Part shown: one piece after another, positions 60,340 to 64,000 of the stretch
How positions within the stretch are numbered: the stretch's first letter is position 1
How the letters are laid out: each line of letters opens with the position of its first letter
From: Eledone cirrhosa
Taxonomy: Eukaryota
Length of the DNA: 64,000 nt
Assembly (NCBI GenBank): GCA_964016885.1
Contig: OZ024743.1
Location: 327,422,001 to 327,486,000 of the forward strand
Direction: 5' to 3'
Program-made: the position numbers and the translations under genes
The notes under the pieces: model-generated
The model's database searches: none
The model's input: the letters and a program-made list of their open reading frames with translations, nothing else
What the model was told of the DNA's origin: nothing

Positions 60340-63315
60340 CTTTATTAGCCACAGGGGCACAAAAGAAGGGGACAAATACAAAGGGGGAAGTTTACATACA
60401 ATAAAAACATGTAAAATACTATCACAAATGCAGTTTAAAAATTAATCGATTTTCCCCAATAGGGGGAGACATTATATATGGGTAACATATACCCCCGAAA
60501 AAAATGTGCAACCCTCATCTCCAGGAGTACGAAGAGTGAGTACCCCCTTCCTCTCTTCCTCTTTTTCCTCAACCTACAGGCTGATATAGAGAGAAGGCCC
60601 ATTCACTCGGGCCATTCTCGCCACTTTCACCCACCTTTCATAAAACTTGCTGGGGTACAGCACCTCTCTCTCCATCCTGACTCTTCTTCCAAAGTGGTAT
60701 TTGAAAAAAAGAATCAGTTGTTGGCCGGAGAGAAAGGTGTCTGACCTCAGCTCTTTTAACCTCGTCCACCATACAACCTCTTTCGCCATAGTTATCACAC
60801 AAAGGAAAACCACCTCTCCTTCATTTTTGAACGAGGGTGGCGGTTTGATCATGACAATGGACTCGGTGGTCAACCGGATTGGTCCCACCCGTGACAATAG
60901 TCATTCTACATAGCCCCACAGGTCGGTAACGCCCGGGCAGTGTACGAATGCCTGCGCGACGGTTTCTTCGTCTCGCACGCATCTCGGACAGATCTTTTTC
61001 GAAGGGTCCCTGCCCAGGCGCCCATGTCTGTAGAGCTTGTCTCGAACTGGTAGAGCTCCTCAGTAGCACTGCCAGGCCAGGGACTTTTGGAAGTTGTCCA
61101 TTGGTCCCGGACAGAAGGTCCTACCGAACAGACTGGCCAGTTCTACACTTAGAGTTTCTCCGAGCGTGTCGTCGCACTTGCTGCAGACCAACCCTCTATA
61201 GAATGACGAAGTGGAGTCTCCACTGATCGCCGAGTCCGCCTGCCAGAGGGCTGTGAGCGCCTGAGCACATTCGATGTGCCAGTCACCCATTTTCCTCGGT
61301 CTTTGCTTGACCCAGGACTGCAGCTCGGTCAGCAAGACGAGTCGTGGGAAGGCTCGCCTCACGAATGGGGCCCACACCAGTTGTCTGGAGAGGAATGCGT
61401 GGAGGTGCCGCAGCCTGAGCGCGTGTTTGCGCATCATCAGCCACGCCATCCCCAGCCCTCCGTTTGAAGGGTGTTGGCAGCAGATGGATCTTCTCACCAA
61501 AGGAGCCCGTTTCTTCCAAAGGAATTGGAAGAGCGCGCGCTCCATTTTGGTTAGAGTTTTGGCTGGACAAGGCACGACGGTCAAGCGGTAGTAGATGACA
61601 GACGCTATAAAAGTGTTCGCCACCTCCGCTCGACCTTTCAAGAATAGTTTGCACTCGGCCCACTTCTGGGTGAGCACAAACACCTTGGCCGTCACTTCGT
61701 TCCAGTGCTTCTCCACCTGGAGGTCCGGACCAAACCAGACCCCGAGCAGCTTCACCGGTCCTTCTGTCCAGCGTCCGACGACGCCATCAGAAGGCATCGG
61801 TTTGCCTCTCCACGATCCGAGTTGCAAACCGACGGATTTGTCCCGGTTCAGCTTCGCTCCTGTGAACCTTTCGTATTCCTTCCGTAAGATGCCGACTTCC
61901 TCGATTTACGAGGTGCTCGACACAATTACTGTCATATCGTTGGCGTAGGCTGACGCCACTTTCCGCAGTCCCGATTCTAGAGGGATGCCCTGCAATAGCT
62001 CCAACTTCCGCAATAGTGGCTCGAGAGTCAGTATGTACAGAAGGGAGGAGAGAGGGCATCCCTGTCGGATGGATCACGTGATATGGAACAGCTCCGAGAG
62101 GTAGCCGTTCACCTTGACTCTTGAGCAGATGTTGCCGCTGTGCATTGCAGCAATCCAGCCCCTGAACACGGGTCCGAAGCCTGCCGCCACAAGCACCGCA
62201 TCCAGGTAACGATGGCCAACCCTATCGAAAGCCTTAGACTGATCCAAGTTGATCAGGGCCCCACCGAAGACAGGTTTACACCCTACCCTCTCTATGATGT
62301 ATCACATGAGGTGGAGGTTGTCGTGTATGGGCCTGGTCAGGATTGCGCATGTCTGCGCTTCTCCCACCAGGTTTTCGATGACAAGCGGCAGCCTCTTTGC
62401 CAACACCTTGGCCAAAATCTGTAACTCTGTGTTTAGCAGAGTTATGGGCCGGAAGTTGCCTATGTCATCCCCCTTATTCTCGTCCTTCCTGACTAGTGTG
62501 ACTACGCTCTGGTCACAGAACTGGGAATTCTCCCGTTCTGTTGCCAGTTGCAGTAGACCGCTTCCAGGAGACCGGAGAACAAGTCCGGCATTGCTACGTA
62601 AAATTCATAGGGTAGACCGTCGAGACCTGGCGATTTGCGTTTGCTGGATTGGCTCAGCGTGTCCCCTATCTCAGCGGCTGAAATCGGCTTTTTGCAGAAC
62701 TTCGCCTCGCTGTCCGAGAGTCGCGGTAGGCTGTCGAGGTATGGACCGAAATCCATAGCCCCTCACAACGCGCCACCCTGCCCGAACAGCTGAGCAAAGT
62801 GCCGTTGAAAGGCCGTGCACATCTGCTTCGGCTCACGTATCATGCGTCCGTTTTGGTCCTTCAAAGACTGAATCATGGACTTGTTGCCACTTTTCATTAC
62901 CCAGAGCACGTATTTTGCTTCTGATAACGCAGCCCTCGTGCTTTGCGTCGAAGAACTGGTCCAAGGCCGTTCTAGTTGCTAGCACGCTGGCTACGTTGCC
63001 ACTTCTACTTTATCTACCAGTTCCTTCTCGGTCCTATTTCTATCTAACGCTAATTCTTTACTAAAAACTAACGAGTCTAATATAACTGCCCTCTTGAGAG
63101 AGTACCACCATCTGTTGTTGACAATGGCCCCTGTCAAGTGCTGTTTAACTAAAGTGCTAATCCGTCTACTGTAGGCTTTGCAGTCGGTAACGACAAGTTC
63201 AGTTTCCAGTAGCCGGGTCCTTGTCTATGGGTTCTATCAAGGTTGACCATGCAGGTCACTAGTTTGTGATCTGAATAGGCAACCATGAACATTTGTGGAC
63301 AGCTTAACATGTCCT
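60340..63315 (-). mobile_element. Tx1/L1-clade LINE, 5'-truncated and decayed
   Basis: 'KSPGLDGLPYEFY', 'NFRPITLLN', 'LDQSKAFDRV', 'RQGCPLS', 'VKLLGVWFG'; AATAAA at 60346-60341. Confidence 0.88.
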
Positions 63316-63367
63316 ATAGATAGGGTGGTAGTTAGATATGTAGGTAGATAGACACATAGTTATATTC

Positions 63368-63830
63368 ATTCATCATCATCATCATCGTTTAATGTCTATC
63401 TTCCATGCTAGCATGGGTTAGACGGGAGTTGTCCCAATTTGAGGCAAGATTGGTCGAGTGCCCGTGTCTCGCTCGTATAGGACTATCTGGCAGGTTTTCT
63501 ATGGCTGAATGCCCTTTCTAACACCAACCACATTTACAGTGTGGATTGGGAACTTTTTACCGTGTTACCTACACAGCCACATTACAACGTGGACTGTGTG
63601 TTTTTTTGTTGTGACACCTACACAATCTCGATCTCATTAATTTGGACTCGATGTTGTGGTACCAACTTTACAGAGAAAGGGTGGTGTCGGTGGTAGTGGG
63701 AGGATGGAGTAGGGGTAGTGGGTTGCGGTGTATATTTGGTTAAGAGGGGCCTACTGACTGTAGATTTTGCTTTGTACATAGGCAAGGCGGCTCTTCTGTA
63801 TTACTGCGTAGCGTCAAAGATCTCGGTTAA
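63368..63830 (-). mobile_element. Diverged RTE-type 3' UTR fragment
   Basis: (ATC)n followed by TTCCATGCTAGCATGGGTTAGACGGG..GCCCTTTCTAACACCAACC. Confidence 0.65.
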
Positions 63831-64000
63831 ATGTTTCATGTGCATGAAATTAAAGGAAACAGAGGTAAGCCAACTCATTTAAAACGAAATAGCTCAAATG
63901 AACTTCATTAGTCATTATAATAATTTGATTATAGTAAGTTACAAAATTTGCTTACCTCCCCCCCCCCCCCCCATCCTCAGAGCTATTCATATCTGTATAC

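Overview
AT-rich eukaryotic genomic DNA; the repeat landscape (RTE LINEs with (GAT)n tails, tRNA-headed SINEs, TA/CA microsatellites) suggests a coleoid cephalopod such as Octopus (inference). Two intron-containing genes lie head-to-head about 400 bp apart: TUBGCP4 (gamma-tubulin complex component 4, minus strand, 15-16 coding exons, 35147 to ~3248) and RPL4 (plus strand, 9 coding exons, 35567-48565, 443 aa, 5'TOP start, one GC-AG intron). RPL4 introns 4-7 hold seven U18/SNORD18-like C/D-box snoRNA copies (three intact, one variant, three degenerate). The rest is mostly transposon debris: RTE, Tx1/L1-like and CRE-like LINEs, piggyBac, mariner, Helitrons, a deleted Gypsy element with a solo LTR relative, and SINEs. 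Most notable: (1) a 431-bp tandem/inverted non-coding repeat family at two loci, each unit with an octamer motif and a minimal type I hammerhead ribozyme (retrozyme or Penelope pLTR-like); (2) the U18 birth-and-death series, with four copies in one intron; (3) tandem duplications across splice junctions of four TUBGCP4 exons, including a 93-bp array that places eight decoy acceptors before exon 15; (4) inverted transposon pairs flanking RPL4 exons. All calls were read by eye; no database searches were run.
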